The notes beneath the pieces are model-generated. The model was not told the DNA's origin and searched no databases. It saw only the letters and a program-made list of their open reading frames with translations. Position numbers and translations under genes: made by a program. From positions 12,710,001-12,774,000 of the forward strand of contig CM022674.1 of the NCBI GenBank assembly GCA_012295275.1: 64,000 nt of DNA, in the 5' to 3' direction. The stretch is from Chrysomallon squamiferum (taxonomy: Eukaryota; Animalia; Mollusca). Positions 1 to 15,309 of this stretch are shown one piece after another. Position 1 is the stretch's first letter; the number at the start of each line of letters is the position of its first letter.

Positions 1-82
1 AATATAAAACAAAAATAGACAACAACAACAACAACAAATCAGAATGTATGTAAAATTAGGTAAAAAAACCCTAAAAACTAAG

Positions 83-120
<38 letters not shown>

Positions 121-644
121 GCACAAACACAACATACACACATGATCAGGTAATGCAATTCTAGTACGTGTAGATGTCAACCATAATATGAATATTTCAG
201 TTACCATCAGAAAGGAAAGGCTTATAACACAAATGGTTTTTTTTTTTTTTAATTACATAAAGCTAAATAAAGAGATAATAATTGAAAAAAAAAAAAGTAA
301 TAGAAAAGAACAAGATGACCAAAAAAATTTTAAAAAAATCAAAAAAATCCTTAATATGCAGGCTATCACATCAACAGTGTAAAAACAGTGCTAGCAGTTG
401 GAAGAGAAAGATTGTATCGGCTGGCTCACTGTGTGTGTTTGTGTGTAATTACAGATATCCACTCTTGTGTTCTCAGGCTGATATTTACTTGGTAACAGTC
501 AGTTAGTTCTCTCACTTGTTAAATGACCCCATAACTTAACACTTGACAAAGCCAACTGACACTGGTTGATATGAATGCAGGGTGTAATATTTATGAATCC
601 GTGCCCCGTAGGTTACGATGGTTGGCTCGCGATAGAGAAAATAT

Positions 645-1140
645 GTGCTGTGAAATATTATAGCTTATTACACCCAGTGTATGATAATAAAATTATTACA
701 TGGTGCTGAATGTTACAGGTTATTTATACTCTTAAGATATAAAAACTGAATTAATATGCAGTGTGAAATATTTTACAGATTATTGTCTTTTAGTATCATA
801 AGAAAATAATTTCACAGTGTCAAATGTTGTAGATTGTTATACTGCATGATATAAAAACTAAATATATGTTGTGAAATATTTTACGCTATAGTTAAACGAA
901 ATTATTATACAGTGTGAAATATTATAGGTTATTATACCCAAAGTTATAAAATCTAAATTAATATACAGAGTGAAATATTATCATTTCTTTTGTGAGATAT
1001 AAAAAACTAAATTTACTTTGTGAATTATTATAGGTTATTGTATCCAAAGATATAAAATCTAAATTAATATACAGAGTGAAATGTTATAGTTGCTTCTCTA
1101 AGATATAAAACTAAATATAGAATGTGATAAAGTTATAAAT
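645..1140. repeat. Degenerate tandem array, unit about 60 bp
   Basis: Recurring tgtgaaatattatag...ttattatac...agatataaaaactaaatt. Confidence 0.7.
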
Positions 1141-1279
1141 TTATATTCTACAGGTTACTTCAGCCAGCAAACAATAGTCAGATATGCTGGTTGCTATAAA
1201 CCATACACAAATGTCATAAAATAAATGTATTACAAGTTTAATCATTTTTTTTTTCTCTGTTGTTTATATATATATTTGT

Positions 1280-2142
1280 GTATTTTATTACCAGGCATAC
1301 AATTATAAGAATAATATTTATTTAACTTTTTATATCATAAAGTACACACACAATGTAATACAAAAATTGTTCCAGTGTGAGTAATATTTATTTATTTATT
1401 TATTTTATTACAAGACACAATTACTAGTGTATACCATTTATTTAACTTTCAGTGTTGTACACAATGTAATACAGTGAAATATACTACAGTGTAATATTTA
1501 TTTATTTATTTATTTTATTACAAGACATAATTATTAGGTTATAAAATTTCTTTAACTTCCATTATTATAAAAGTACACAGGTGTGTAATATAAGGAAATA
1601 TGTTACAGTGTGTAATATTTATTTAACTTTCAGTGTTAGAAAAGTGCAACACAATGTAATACAAGGAAATATATCAAGGTGTTTAATATTTATTTATTTA
1701 TTTTATTTTTTACAATGTAATACAAGGCATATAATTTATTTAGTTTATTTACAAACATATATTAAGTGTATAAAAGTACAATGTAATACAAGGAAATATA
1801 TCAGGTTGTAATATTTATTTTTTTTTTTATTACAAGACATATAATTACAAGGAAATTAGTAATATTTATTTTTTTATTTTATTACAAGACATATAATTAT
1901 TAGTGTATAAAAGTGCAATGTAATACAAGGAAATATATCAAGGTGTGTAATATTTATTTATTTATTTATTTTATTACAAGACATATAATTATTAGTGTAT
2001 AAAAGTGCAATGTAATACAAGGAAATATATCAAGGTGTGTAATATTTATTTATTTATTTTATTACAAGACATATAATTATTAGTGTATAAAAGTGCAATG
2101 TAATACAAGGAAATATATCAAGGTGTGTAATATTTATTTATT
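1280..2142. repeat. Tandem minisatellite, unit about 80 bp, most homogeneous at the 3' end
   Basis: ttattacaagacatataattattagtgtataaaagtgcaatgtaatacaaggaaatatatcaaggtgtgtaatatttattt is near-identical three times at 1880-2140, with degenerate copies upstream. Confidence 0.85.
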
Positions 2143-2516
2143 TTCGCTGGTCTACGAGTGACTTCACACACACACACTGTGTGCTTTGGTGATACAACAA
2201 AAGAGGTTTTCTTTGCCGGCTGTTTTGAAGTCAATCTGCGTACAAAGAGAAAACTAAATGGGGGTTGGAGAAGAGTGAGGTTTTGTTTGCAGTTGGGAGG
2301 GGAGGTGTTTTCTTTCTCTACAGCAGGGATTTATTGCCCTGCCAGTGAAATATGAAGAGATTGAGGCTTGTAATTGATTTTTATTTGCTGTGTTTAGATT
2401 TCTCATTATAAAACTGGTTTGACTAGTTTTCTTGTTTTCATTCAGATTTTCTAAAGCTCCCTTGTCTTCTGTTTCATTCTTTCGTTTTCTGTTTTTCACT
2501 TGATCTTTTTCTCTCA

Positions 2517-2551
<35 letters not shown>

Positions 2552-4489
2552 AAACATTTTTTTCACACATATACACACACTCTTACTAACAAAGATACAC
2601 CATATATATATATATATATACACAGAAAGAAATTACACATACAGTTACACATACCAAGAGACAAAAGAAAGTAGTACATAGGCCTTACACAAGCACACAG
2701 AAACACACATGCAAGATCTTATGCAAATACATATGAACACAATATGGACACATACAAACAAAACATCAACACATACACACATACACACTTACACACACAC
2801 ACTTACATACACACTTACACACAAACACACTTACACACATACACACTTACACACAAACACTTACACACATACACACTCCTGTCCCCCAACACAGACAAAC
2901 ACACAGACAGAAAAACAGACAGTCACTAGAGAGAGAGCGCCACTAATGTCATATACCCAATACCTTAATGTTGATAGTAATTGTTTTGTACTGTTTATTT
3001 TCCTCACTACAATCGTCTGCAGTTAAAGAAACTGCTTCAGAGAAATCTAGTTTTATTAAAAAAAACACTAATATTTCTTTATTAGCCACAGATACTCAGT
3101 AAAACAGAACTCAAGCTGTTTCTTTCTCTTTCATGTTTTCTTCATGGTTGTTTGTTTGAGTCAGAAAATCCTCATGCTTCACTGACTTGTCTTAGAAAAG
3201 TAGTAAATCTAATAGTGTACTTAAACTGGTCTATTCAGTAGTGTTGTTAATGTTTTACAATGCACAGCTTAAGTGTGTTGTACATCTTTTCAACACAGCG
3301 TAACTTAGCAAGTGACAAAAGTACAACTTAATTGTATTCAGAACTGTATAATAATAATAATGCAAGTTAAATGTATTCAAGCAAGGTAATAATGTGTAAA
3401 ATAGTGTTTTACAAAAAGTGTAACTAAATAGTATCTTTTAACCAAATACAGTTTAATTATATTCATCACAGTATAGCTGGGTTTTTTTTCAATTTATTTT
3501 TTTATGTCAGAACTTAAACCTCTGGTTTGTTAGTAACTTTTGTGTTTGGTTAGCAACATCATGTGTTCATTATTGCTGTCTTGCAATTGTCAGTCATATT
3601 ATGTGTTAATAATGTGTTTTATAAACACATTAAAACACACAATGTCTTTCAACCAGTCTGCCTGAACAGGTAAAAACATTCATAGAGAAATGGGTTACCT
3701 TGCTTTTTTTTTTACCTGTTAACGAGTTCTCCGGTGCATTTTACCTGGCTGACTTCTGATCTTTTCACTAATGTTGTTTTAATGCAGGTAACATTCCATA
3801 CAACTTAACACGTCAAAAGTTTTTCTGTTACAACAAAAACAGGAATTACTTTTATTAAATTTATATTCTAAAAACTGCATTAGTACATTTATTCTGTAAA
3901 AAAATCCTTTTTTCCTTTAGTGCAGTAAATTTATCAATGTGAGTCAGTGTAACATTATCAGGGTGTGTGTGTGTGTGTTTGTATTATTTTCCTTCTGTTT
4001 TGATCAGATAGGTTTTGCCTTTAAAAAGATATATCTGTATGTGGATATGTAAATGTGTATGTGAATATGTGTGTGTGTCTTTATTTTAATACCTTTCTTT
4101 TTTCTTTTTCCTTCTTTTTTTTCTAATTTGTTTTTAGTGTCATGAAATCGGTTTAACCTTTCACTTATTTATACATACTCAGACAGACAGACAGACAGAC
4201 AGACAGTGGGACTCTGATATTCGTTCACACAGAGAAATGTCTGCATGTCACATCCTTTGTTCTGCAGAACACAGATAAAAACATGTATTCAGGTTCTGGC
4301 TGCACACACACTGACAAAAGACTGTCAGCTCAGTTATTTAGCTCAGCTGTGATATATCTTCAGTAACTCCACACTTAGCCATACCATACAGAAAACAGTA
4401 AATCAGTTATAGGCGATAATATCAGCAGTATCTCACGCTAGTTTATCAATTGTGTGACACTGGTGAACATTTTTTAATTTATGAATTGT

Positions 4490-4930
4490 TTATAGTGATT
4501 TACAGTTGTAAATAGTTTTATCAGTATATATTTTTTGAATTTGTAATTAAAATTAATTTATGAAATGTGGCCAGTCATATTGTAGTCTTTAAATAGTGAT
4601 ATAAGTATATATTTTTTTAACCTGGAATGAACTTGTTGTTTTAAAATGGTAATATTAGTATGTTTTTAGTTTGTAATAAAATCAACTTATGAAATGTATC
4701 CAGTTATTTTTAAATAGTGATATTAGTACGTTTTTAACTTGCAGATAAAGTTAATTTATAAAATGCATCTATGAATATTCTGCTTTTGAAACAGTGATAT
4801 CAGAATATTTTTTTGACTTGGGGATAAAATTAATTTGTGAAATGTATCCAGTGATATTACAGTTTTTAAATGATGAAATTAGATGAAATGATGAATATAT
4901 TTTTAACTAGGAATAAAATTAATTTGTAAA
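4490..4930. repeat. Degenerate tandem array, unit about 70 bp
   Basis: Recurring aaatagtgatattagta...ttttttaactt...aataaaattaatttatgaaatgtatccag. Confidence 0.6.
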
Positions 4931-5481
4931 TTACATAATTTTTTTTATCAAGTTTCTTTTTCCTTTCTTTTGGTGTAAAATATATTTTTTTTAATATCTT
5001 TTATCAGAGTTTGTAATATGAAATAAATTTAATTAACGCAATTTTTTTTTTTTTTTTTTTTTTTTTTCATAAAATTGATAATTATTTATAAATGCCATAT
5101 AATGAAATCCATTTATAAATGTCATTAAGAGTATTTTTCATTAGATGACAACTTATTTAAGCATGTTATTTTTATCATGTTTTATTCATGAAATAAAATT
5201 TTAAAATTAATTTATGATGTAATAAACTTGAAGTTGGTTTTTTTTCAAAAGAAATTGAATTAATTTATCACCAGTGTCATTTGAACCATTTAAATGTGCA
5301 TTCAAAGCAGAAATTACAAAACCCTAACATAAAACAGAATTAATTTATGAATATTATAATCACGATATTTAAAAAGAAATTATACTGAACGTTTGTTATT
5401 TGCACTCTATCACATTATCAGGTTGTTTATTTTCTTCTTTATTTTATTTATTTATTTATTTATTTATTTATTTTATTTATT

Positions 5482-5529
<48 letters not shown>

Positions 5530-5802
5530 TTTATACCAAAGCATCATAAAATCTAATAAAAATATAACAAAATTCAATTTTAAAATTTTAAAATTTTTTA
5601 AAATTTTTTTTTTTTTAAATCTGCCATATGTATTAAAACATATTTTATTAATTTTTTGCAATATTTAAAATATTATTTTTAATATAATTTTAAATTTATC
5701 CCAATTTTTCCCAGTGCATTATAAACTAACTCAAAACTGTAAGATAAAATATTTTTATTAATATCTGGATTTATATAAAGCTATTTAAAACATATTCCAT
5801 AT

Positions 5803-5906
<104 letters not shown>

Positions 5907-6192
5907 GTTGTTGTGGATGGGTAATACAGATTTATTAATGTATATACTGTAGGTAATAAACATATTTATATTATCTAACATATATATAATACTTAATTAT
6001 TTTTATGGGTTAACATACATATTATTTATACAAATGGTTCTTATAGTTATTATTTTTAAAAATAATTTTTTTCTTCTTTAAATTCATTTGATAATAAACA
6101 TATTTATATTAATCCACAGACTATATATGCAATATCAGTTGGGTGTTTTTCATGGGATAAATACATACATAGAAACATATGCATGCATGCAT

Positions 6193-6245
<53 letters not shown>

Positions 6246-6892
6246 CATACAAACACACATACATACATGCATAGATTCATATATCCTGAATGCAGTATGT
6301 TATTTTCAAGGGATAATAAATATTTACATTTATCAATATCCCATATGCAGTATCAGATTTTTTTTTTTCAACAGGATAATAAAAATATTTATATTAATGT
6401 ATACACTGTATGCAATAACATGGGAATTTAAACATTTTCTTCAATCAATAAAACATATATGCAGCACGAGGGTTTTTTCCCACACAAATAATAATAAACA
6501 TTATTTTACTAATCTATATACTGTATGCAATAACAGAATCCTTTACCCTCTCCACTGAAGTGAAACCTCCAGAACACATTGTAAATTATTACTGTCACAT
6601 AAAAGGAACAAACAGGCTTTTCATGTAGATTTTATTAATGTTATTTGCTCTCATGTATTTTATGAAATGGAGGTATTAGGTGTAGTATACGTCTGATAAT
6701 AAAAATATTATATTTTTCTCGTGAGATGTAAGGCAACGTGTAATTTTCACTTGGAATCGTTAAGGTGTCTTACAAAGGAGATTAGACAAAAGGTCAGCGT
6801 GTTGGAAAAGTGAGTTATTGAATTACTGTGAGAAATGTTTGTTCATTATTGACAGAACCTTGATGTCTTCTCTTCTCTACACAAGGAAGTGA

Positions 6893-6935
<43 letters not shown>

Positions 6936-6984
6936 ATCTTTATAACAGTCTGACATGTTAAATAGTTATTACACTTAGCTGGTA

Positions 6985-7622
6985 TTGTTATCATCATCAT
7001 CATCAATATTATTAGCATGATTATCATCATTGTAGTTGTAGTATTATCATAATCACCTTCATTATCATCAACATCATCATCATCAGTATTATTAGCATGA
7101 TTATCATCATTATTGTAGTTGTAGTATTATTATAATCACCTTCATTATCATCAACATCATCATCATCATTGGTGTTATTAGCATGATTATCATCATTATT
7201 GTAGTTGTAGTATTATTATAATCACCTTCATTATCATCAACATCATCATCATCGTCATTGGTTTTATTAGCAGGATTATCATCATTGTAGTTGTAGTATT
7301 AACATAATCATCTTCATTATCATCAACATCATCATCATTGGTGTTATTAGCATGATTATCATCATTGTAGTTGTAGTATTATCATAATCATCTTCATTAT
7401 CACCTTCATTATCATCAACATCATCATCATCATCATTGGTTTTATTAGCATGATTATCATCATTGTAGTTGTAGTATTATCATAAACATCTTCATTATCA
7501 TCAACATCATCATCATCATTGGTGTTATTAGTATGATTATCATCATTACTGTATTATCATCATTATCATATACATCCTCATAATCATCATCATCACCACC
7601 ATCATCATCATCATCATCATCA
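6985..7622. repeat. Compound minisatellite (about 75 bp) built from CAT/TAT/GTT triplets
   Basis: About 7 copies of ttattagcatgattatcatcattgtagttgtagtattatcataatcaccttcattatcatcaacatcatcatc. Confidence 0.9.
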
Positions 7623-9409
7623 TAAACTCTCCATCAACCTTTTCTTCACATACACAGCTGGCAGCTATCTCTGTAAAAGTACTTGTGTAATAAATCTCAA
7701 AGAACTTAAATCAGCTGAGACTTAATACACTGGTAAAGGTTTATTTTCACTTGTGATATATCTCGATACTGCATGTTTGTGAAATAACCCTGCGAGTTAC
7801 AGCGTATTAAAAAGGTTATCGCGCGACATCATCTCGTGTGTAGATTAACTACTGCTTGTAGTCAACCTTTGAATCTCTCGCAGATAAATATTGTTAATGT
7901 TTTATTTGTATAATGTTGAAAGTAGAGTGTTTTGTAAATAGATGGATAAATTTTGGTATTATACTGAAGACAGTTTGTGGTGTGAATGGATGGATGGATG
8001 GGTGGATGGATGGATGGATGGATGGAGAAATAGATAAATAAATGTTAATGTTTTATGCGATTTCAAAGATCTGGTCTTTATGTGGGGAGTTTTAAAAAAA
8101 AAATTAAATTATTATTATTATTTAAAAAAAAAATGTTTAGTTTTTTTTCTTTTTGTTGCTTTATTTTATTTTATTTTATTTTACTTTATTTTATTTTATT
8201 TTATTTTATTTTATGTCAAAAACTTCATAATTTTTTTTTTTTTTTATCTTTTTTTATCTTTTCACATAATTTTTCTTTCAAACATTATTAAATATTAACA
8301 TCACCATTATTGTTCTGTTTGAGCAATACATACACAAAAACCAGAATGATGCAATCTTCGTTTCATTTTTATTTATATTATTATTTTTTAAAATAGTTAT
8401 CTCAAATTATTTTAAACATTTTTAAAAAAATGCAGCTCCCAAAATGGGCCCCACTATAAACGTAACACATTGAATACCGCATGTATGTTATAAGTATGTG
8501 AAAAATGTTTTAACACACAGATAATGTACATGTTTTATTACATATTACTTACACACTGTGTGTGCTGGTCTATAATGTAGATATATCAATGAACCATTTA
8601 TCACAGGTTACAGTCGATTTTGCATTTCCACTGCAGGCACTTTAGTCATACAGGAAGTTCAGGCGAGATGCCTGGGGCTCCGTTTAGGATAACGAAGTAG
8701 TAAATTGTGTAAGAAATGATCATTACTGGAGGCTGAACTGGAAGATTAATAAATTTAGTTTTATTATTTACATTAATCATTTTTATCTTATTTTCAGGAC
8801 AGATAATATAAAGCAATATTCTGGATAATTAGGGATGAATTATTTTTTTTTATTTCTTTTATAACCTTTTTCTTAACCTTTGTCTATCACCACTTTGCTC
8901 AGACAGTGCGTGCATGCATGGGTGTGTGTGTGTGTGACTGTGTGCATGCATGACAAACAACAGAAATCCAACAAATATTTGAAATTTAATTTATTATTAA
9001 GATTAAAACTTAATATAGATATCAGTCCAACCATTTTATATGTTTCTTTCCATCCAACCAAATGTCTGTTTATTCATTTCCCCCTGCTACAGTGTTTGAG
9101 CCTCTGATAAGATTAGAACCCATTACCTAGAGGATTAAACCCTGGACACTAATCCCTATCAAATGAGCTGTGAGAAACACAAGAAGGGATTTAATCAGAT
9201 AAGCAGTAGCTTTGTGGTTTATGATAACACATTAACTTTGTGACTGCAGGCTGCAAGTCATGTTAGATTTGTCTTGTTCTGTGGTTTACTCTCAGGAAAT
9301 AGTCCAGTAGGCCAGAAACCTACCAAGAACCTTACATACAGAGATAAAAATGTTCCTATAGTGATTTGGACTATTGTTAAAGAGTATCTCTTGTGATGTG
9401 TTACAGAAT

Positions 9410-9870
9410 TTGTAATACGTATAGATTATAAAGACAGTACATTCTTTTTAAGAATACATTGTAAAGATTAATTATGACAGGACAGTACATACCAACGTGT
9501 TATTAACGGTACATTGTAAAAATTATGTATGACAGGACAGTACATATCAACATCTTATTAAGTGTACATTGTAAAGACTAATTATATAGCACACATACCA
9601 ACATCTTATTAAGAATACATTGTAAAGATTAATTACAACAGGACAGTACATACCAACGTGTTATTAACAGTACATTGTAAACATTAATTATGACAGGACA
9701 GTACATACCAGCATCTTATTAAGAGTACATAGTAAATATTTATTATACAGGACAATACATACCAGCATATTATTAAGAATATATTGTAAAGACTAATTAT
9801 ACAGAACAGTACATACCAGCATTTTGTTAACAATAGATTGTAAAGATTAATAACAGAGGAGTACATACTC
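9410..9870. repeat. Tandem minisatellite, unit about 50 bp
   Basis: About 8 copies of caggacagtacataccaaca(t/g)cttattaagaatacattgtaaagattaattat. Confidence 0.88.
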
Positions 9871-9954
9871 TAAATCTAATTCGGTGTAACTGTCTGGTCT
9901 GGTCAGTGTTTGTGGACAAGTGATCTGAACAAATCTGCTATCACATCAGACAGT

Positions 9955-10030
9955 TATGATTGATTAGCCGGGCCTGATTGATTTATTGATTAACCGTGAC
10001 AGAAAGCTCTGCTCATTTAAAGCTGACACC
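9955..10030. promoter_or_regulatory. Putative PBC-Hox-Meis composite element
   Basis: Two TGATTGAT, one TGATTTAT and one TGACAG within about 50 bp of a non-repetitive island. Confidence 0.3.
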
Positions 10031-10824
10031 TGCTAGATACCAGTGTTACTGTACATGTTGATTAATACCCGCAGGTCACATCAGAGTGTTTATGAGGTCA
10101 CAGCACATTCGCATGATTATGTTATTATCTGATCAGCAGCGCAATTGAAATAGTTTGTAAGGTTACAGCAGTGTTATTGGTGTGGCCTGTGTGTTAGCGA
10201 ATAGTTAAAATGATTCATGAGTTATACAGTGTGTGTGTGTGTGTGTCTGTCTGACTGTCTGACTGTCTGTGTGTCTGTCTGTCTTTCTGTCTATGTGTTT
10301 GTCTCTCTGTCTGTCTTTATATCTGTCTGAATATATATATATATGTATACATACACAGACAATTATACGTGACTATGCATTAACTACCGTATTGCACTGT
10401 GTGCAGTGACATATAGACTGGGTACTTGTTTTACAGCTGTATTTTGTCTTGACTACAGACAGACTGCTGTGCTTTCTAACTGTAATTTATTATTAATACC
10501 AGGCTCTGACATACAGAATAATGTTTTATTCTGATCAATAGGTTCTCAGTTGTTGTTTTTTTAAGATATACCAGAATAAACTCAGATTACTGTTGAAAAA
10601 TAAAATAATCTTTTAAAAAAAATAACATCTGTGAGTGTTTAGGGTTTGGAAAAATACATAAAAACAGAGGAATAAATTGATAAAAACACACACACACATA
10701 CAGATATATAAATAAATATAAATTATATAAAAACAGATTAAAATCATTTAAAATAAAAATGTAAAATGAAACTAAAATCATAATAAAACTAAAAAAACAA
10801 AAAAAACATACAAAATAAGAAACA

Positions 10825-10897
<73 letters not shown>

Positions 10898-11766
10898 CAC
10901 TGCTACTGTTACTGCTGCTACAAATAATAATAATGAAAGTGATGATGATGATGATGATCATCATCATCATCACTCTACTACTTCTGCTAAAGCTGCTGTT
11001 GCTACAACAACAACAACAACAAAACAACAACGATGATAACAAAAGACTATTAAAATAAATCACAACAGTAATAAGAAAAATTAAAAATTAAAACAAGTTA
11101 AAAATAGAAGTTAACCAACTGCAAAGTGCTGTACAAAAGAAATATTTACCCTTGCTGTACACACTGACTGCCTGTTTTAAAATACCACACATACATTCAC
11201 AGCTGGGCTCATCATAATTTCATAATAATGTATTCATCCATTCAAACCACTTTTCTGTTTTTTTTAATCTTCTAGTCTAGTGAACACTGAACGTTAAACA
11301 GTCTCTATTTGCATGCGAATTACTTCATATCTGCTGCGTTTCTTTCAAGTGGCAAAAGGTCCATTTTCATTTTTTTTATTAATTGGCAAGAAAAAAAAAG
11401 CAAAAGAAACACAACAAAAAGAGAAGAAAGGGAAACTTTTAGTATTAATAATGTATATGTTTTATTGTTAATGCGCTGGTTAGGCTGCGATAAAAGGTTA
11501 TTGTTGAAATGCGTAGCTAGTCATGTGGAGAATATGACATTGATTAGGAATGGGTTGGATATCACTGTGAATGTGTGTTTTAGTGGAGTTTATAAAAGTG
11601 TCTGTTGTTGTTGTGCCCTTCACTGTTTTAGAAAATATTCATAAATATTCTATATTTTATATATATATATCTGAGATGTGTGTTTCTGTCTGTCTACATA
11701 TCTTCATATCTGTGATTTTGTATCTATCAGTTTGTCTGCTTACTACCTACCTACTATATCTATGTA

Positions 11767-11769
<3 letters not shown>

Positions 11770-11830
<61 letters not shown>

Positions 11831-12070
11831 CATTTATCCAAAATTATCTAAAATTAACGGTGTTTTTTTTTGTTTGTTTTTTTCATTTTATGCTCTTGGT
11901 GTTTATGTGTAAGAATGAAACATTTATACTACAACTACTACTACTACTACTACTACAACTACTACTACTACTACTACTACTTCTACTACTACTACTACCA
12001 TCACCACTACTACTGCTGCTGCTGCTGCTGCTACTACTACTACTACTAACAACAATAACAATAACAATGA
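11770..12070. repeat. (CTAT)n and (CTA/CTG)n microsatellites
   Basis: Read directly from the sequence. Confidence 0.9.
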
Positions 12071-12152
12071 GTAATAATAGTTAAAAATGAAAAGAAATAT
12101 ATAAAATGGGTATAGTAAAATTTTGTATTTAATATTTCAACCCACAAAATGT

Positions 12153-12188
<36 letters not shown>

Positions 12189-12525
12189 CAACAGCAGCAT
12201 AACATCTCTATAGAAGAGAATGTAGTAATAATAATAATGATGATGTGTGTAAACAGGTCACAGATACAACACAAACTACACTGGGCTGGAGTTGTAAAAA
12301 TAATAATATTATTATGATAAAATGACAGGAGAAGCTATTAAACGTGGAATACAAAGATGTATCACATGGGATGTGCTGAGCTATGACAGTTATGTTACAA
12401 GTGATGTAATAATGTGTTTGGAATGTTGGCTCTGGTGTCAATTCAGTAGAGGTTTGTTTGAATGTAGTTAGAGGTTTAAGGAATTGTGTCTACACAGTTG
12501 TTAGTATCATAAGTATGTGATTGTA

Positions 12526-12557
<32 letters not shown>

Positions 12558-13395
12558 ACTGTGTCTGTCTGTGTGAGTCTTTAGGAGTTTTATGTACACA
12601 ATTTAAGCTGGGTGGATACAGTGTTAATAAAACAATTTTTTTTTATGGCAATTATCCATGCTAATGTTTCATTTTTAATTTCATTTATAAATTCTGATAA
12701 TTTTTGTTGTTGTTAATATTATTGTTGTTGTTGATGAAGATACTAATTAATAATTTTAATAATACTGCTACAACAACTACAACTACATTTCTGTGTTTTA
12801 GACAAAATTGAATATATGAATATCTATATATATATATATATATATATATATGACACATACACACACCTACTCACACACACACATTATGTATGCATATATG
12901 CGTGTGTGTTTGTGCATACATGTATCTGGTATCCCACCTTTGTAACATAAACAAGATATGTCACTGTCTGTACACCATTTCACTGGGTACAGACTAAACA
13001 TTTACAACAAAAGCTAACTTAATCTGTTCTGACAACAGTATCAGCTTTTTATTGCTCTTACAAAATCCAGTATACACTGTGAGTTAAGTTAAGTCAGACA
13101 CAATGCAATGCATTCATGTCAACTTGAAAAAAACAATGACTGAATTGCATGCAGGAGGGAAAAGTCTAAAATGGTTAATTATGTCACTATCAAGAGCTGT
13201 TTCCATGACAGCTGAGTAAAGTATGCTAAACAGACATTGATGTTGTCGTAGCTGTTGGTGAATGAAAGATTAAAAAGAAGAGAAGTGGTGTGCAATGGAA
13301 TATTGAAAAAAGATTGTTATGTGTGTTTATTAAGAAAGAAGAAATATTAATGGAATTATAAATAAGGAAAAAGAATAGAAGAGCTAGAATGAAAA

Positions 13396-13500
<105 letters not shown>

Positions 13501-13687
13501 CAATGACATGTATAATCTGATAAAGAAAAACAATATGTGTAATCTGATACACACACAGTTAAAAAAAAAAAAAGTCACACAGAACGAAACCAAAGGTAAA
13601 ATAAGAAAGGGAAGAAAGAAAGAGAGAAACGATATTCTCTCTGTAAAAAAAAAAAACAACCCAGATGATATAAATTGTTTTTAACAG

Positions 13688-13871
13688 ATGAATTAGCTTA
13701 GAGAATTAACCACTCAGTGAATGAGAGTGATGCTTGAAGAAGCCTGAATGCAGCGTGGACTGGGTTGTAAATCAGCGCTGTGTGTACAGAGAGAGGGACA
13801 CAGAAATCAACTGTTACTGCGAGGGCCAACTTGTCAAGCCGCACACAAAGCCTGAACGCTGCGGCCGTCAG
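13688..13871 (+). other. Candidate non-coding or poison exon
   Basis: Acceptor ttgtttttaacag|AT and strong donor CAG|gtaagg bound a GC- and CpG-richer island. 184 nt, with an in-frame TAG after 4 codons in the RERE phase. Confidence 0.25.
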
Positions 13872-15074
13872 GTAAGGTGGTGTTTAAATCTTTTTTTTCT
13901 CTCCTCGCTGTCAGTCTGCTCTGATCTGCTTGGGAGCTTGGCAGTTGGTTATTGTGCGTCTGTAATTGATTGGTCGCTGCTGTTGCTGCTGATGCTGTTT
14001 GTGTGTGTGTGTGTGTGTGTGTTTGCTTGAGATGTCAAGTGGGACAAACTGTATGGTCAGTGTTTTTAGTGTCGTCTGCCGGTTTTAGTGCTGAGAGTGG
14101 AGCTGAACAGTGGCATAGTGGAAAAGTGTCCGGTTTACTGAGCTGATTACTGGATTATTATCAACAGCAGTAGGTGTGTTTGTATACCTCTGTATCAACT
14201 GGTAGCCACTTGAGTCAGCTGATATCCCTGTTTGTATCATCTGATATCCATTGTGTTTAGAAAAGGAACTGAGTGCTTAAATTGACTGGTATACAGAATG
14301 TTTATGTCAGGAATCTACAGTGATTAAATAACGAAGCTGCTGTGTTTAAATCAACAGCCATTTGTTTAAATCAAGAGTCTGTTGTTTAAATCATCTGGTC
14401 TCCAGAGGGAAGTAAATCAACAACTGTAACTGGATATAACCTTGTGTGCATAAATCAAAAACTATCCAGCTGAAACTGATACCTGTCCAGACCGATATAT
14501 CAACATACATTCAGTAATTAAGATCTCAAAAGCCTTTAAATCAATACCAGTTTAACTCAGAACTGTTTAAAAGAAGACGGCTGTCATTTAAATGAACAGA
14601 ATAGATGTCTGAACATATCCAGTATGTAAATAACAGATACTAGTGTTGTATAAATAACATATCCACGACTTCATTAACAACATACATGCCAGGTTTAATT
14701 TCTGGTGTGACAAATAAATAAAAATTACAAAAAATTTAAAAAATAAAAAATTTGAAAAGAAAACTAAACTTAAAGGAAGAAGAAGAAGAAAAAAGATGAA
14801 ATGAACGAAAAACAAATTTATTGTTTATCTTCTTAAGAAGAACGACCATTTGAAAACAGGTTTCTGCTGACTAAATCTGTCTGGACAACAAGTGGACAAC
14901 AAGTGGACACTGCAGGACAGTGTGTGGACACAGTTATCTAGCAGAGTGTTGCTACTGGACAAAAGGCTGAAAGGAAACAGTCGTGTTTTTGCAGCCTCTG
15001 TTGGCCAAACAGGGAATGGACTGACTGTTTGTAGTAAGGATGTATTTTCGGTGAGAATTTAGTTTAGTTGGTTT

Positions 15075-15129
<55 letters not shown>

Positions 15130-15309
15130 TACAGCCTTGCTGTTGATTTTCTAAACCACGGAGAGAAAGTATTTTTTTTCTCTGCTTCGTTTAGGTCAGG
15201 CTTTACAGTGGACTGTTTGGTGTTTGACCATTGACCTAATTTGTTAGTTTTATTCTTCATTTTCTCATCTGTACTCAGACAGGATTTATTCTCAGGATAT
15301 TTTATGGTC

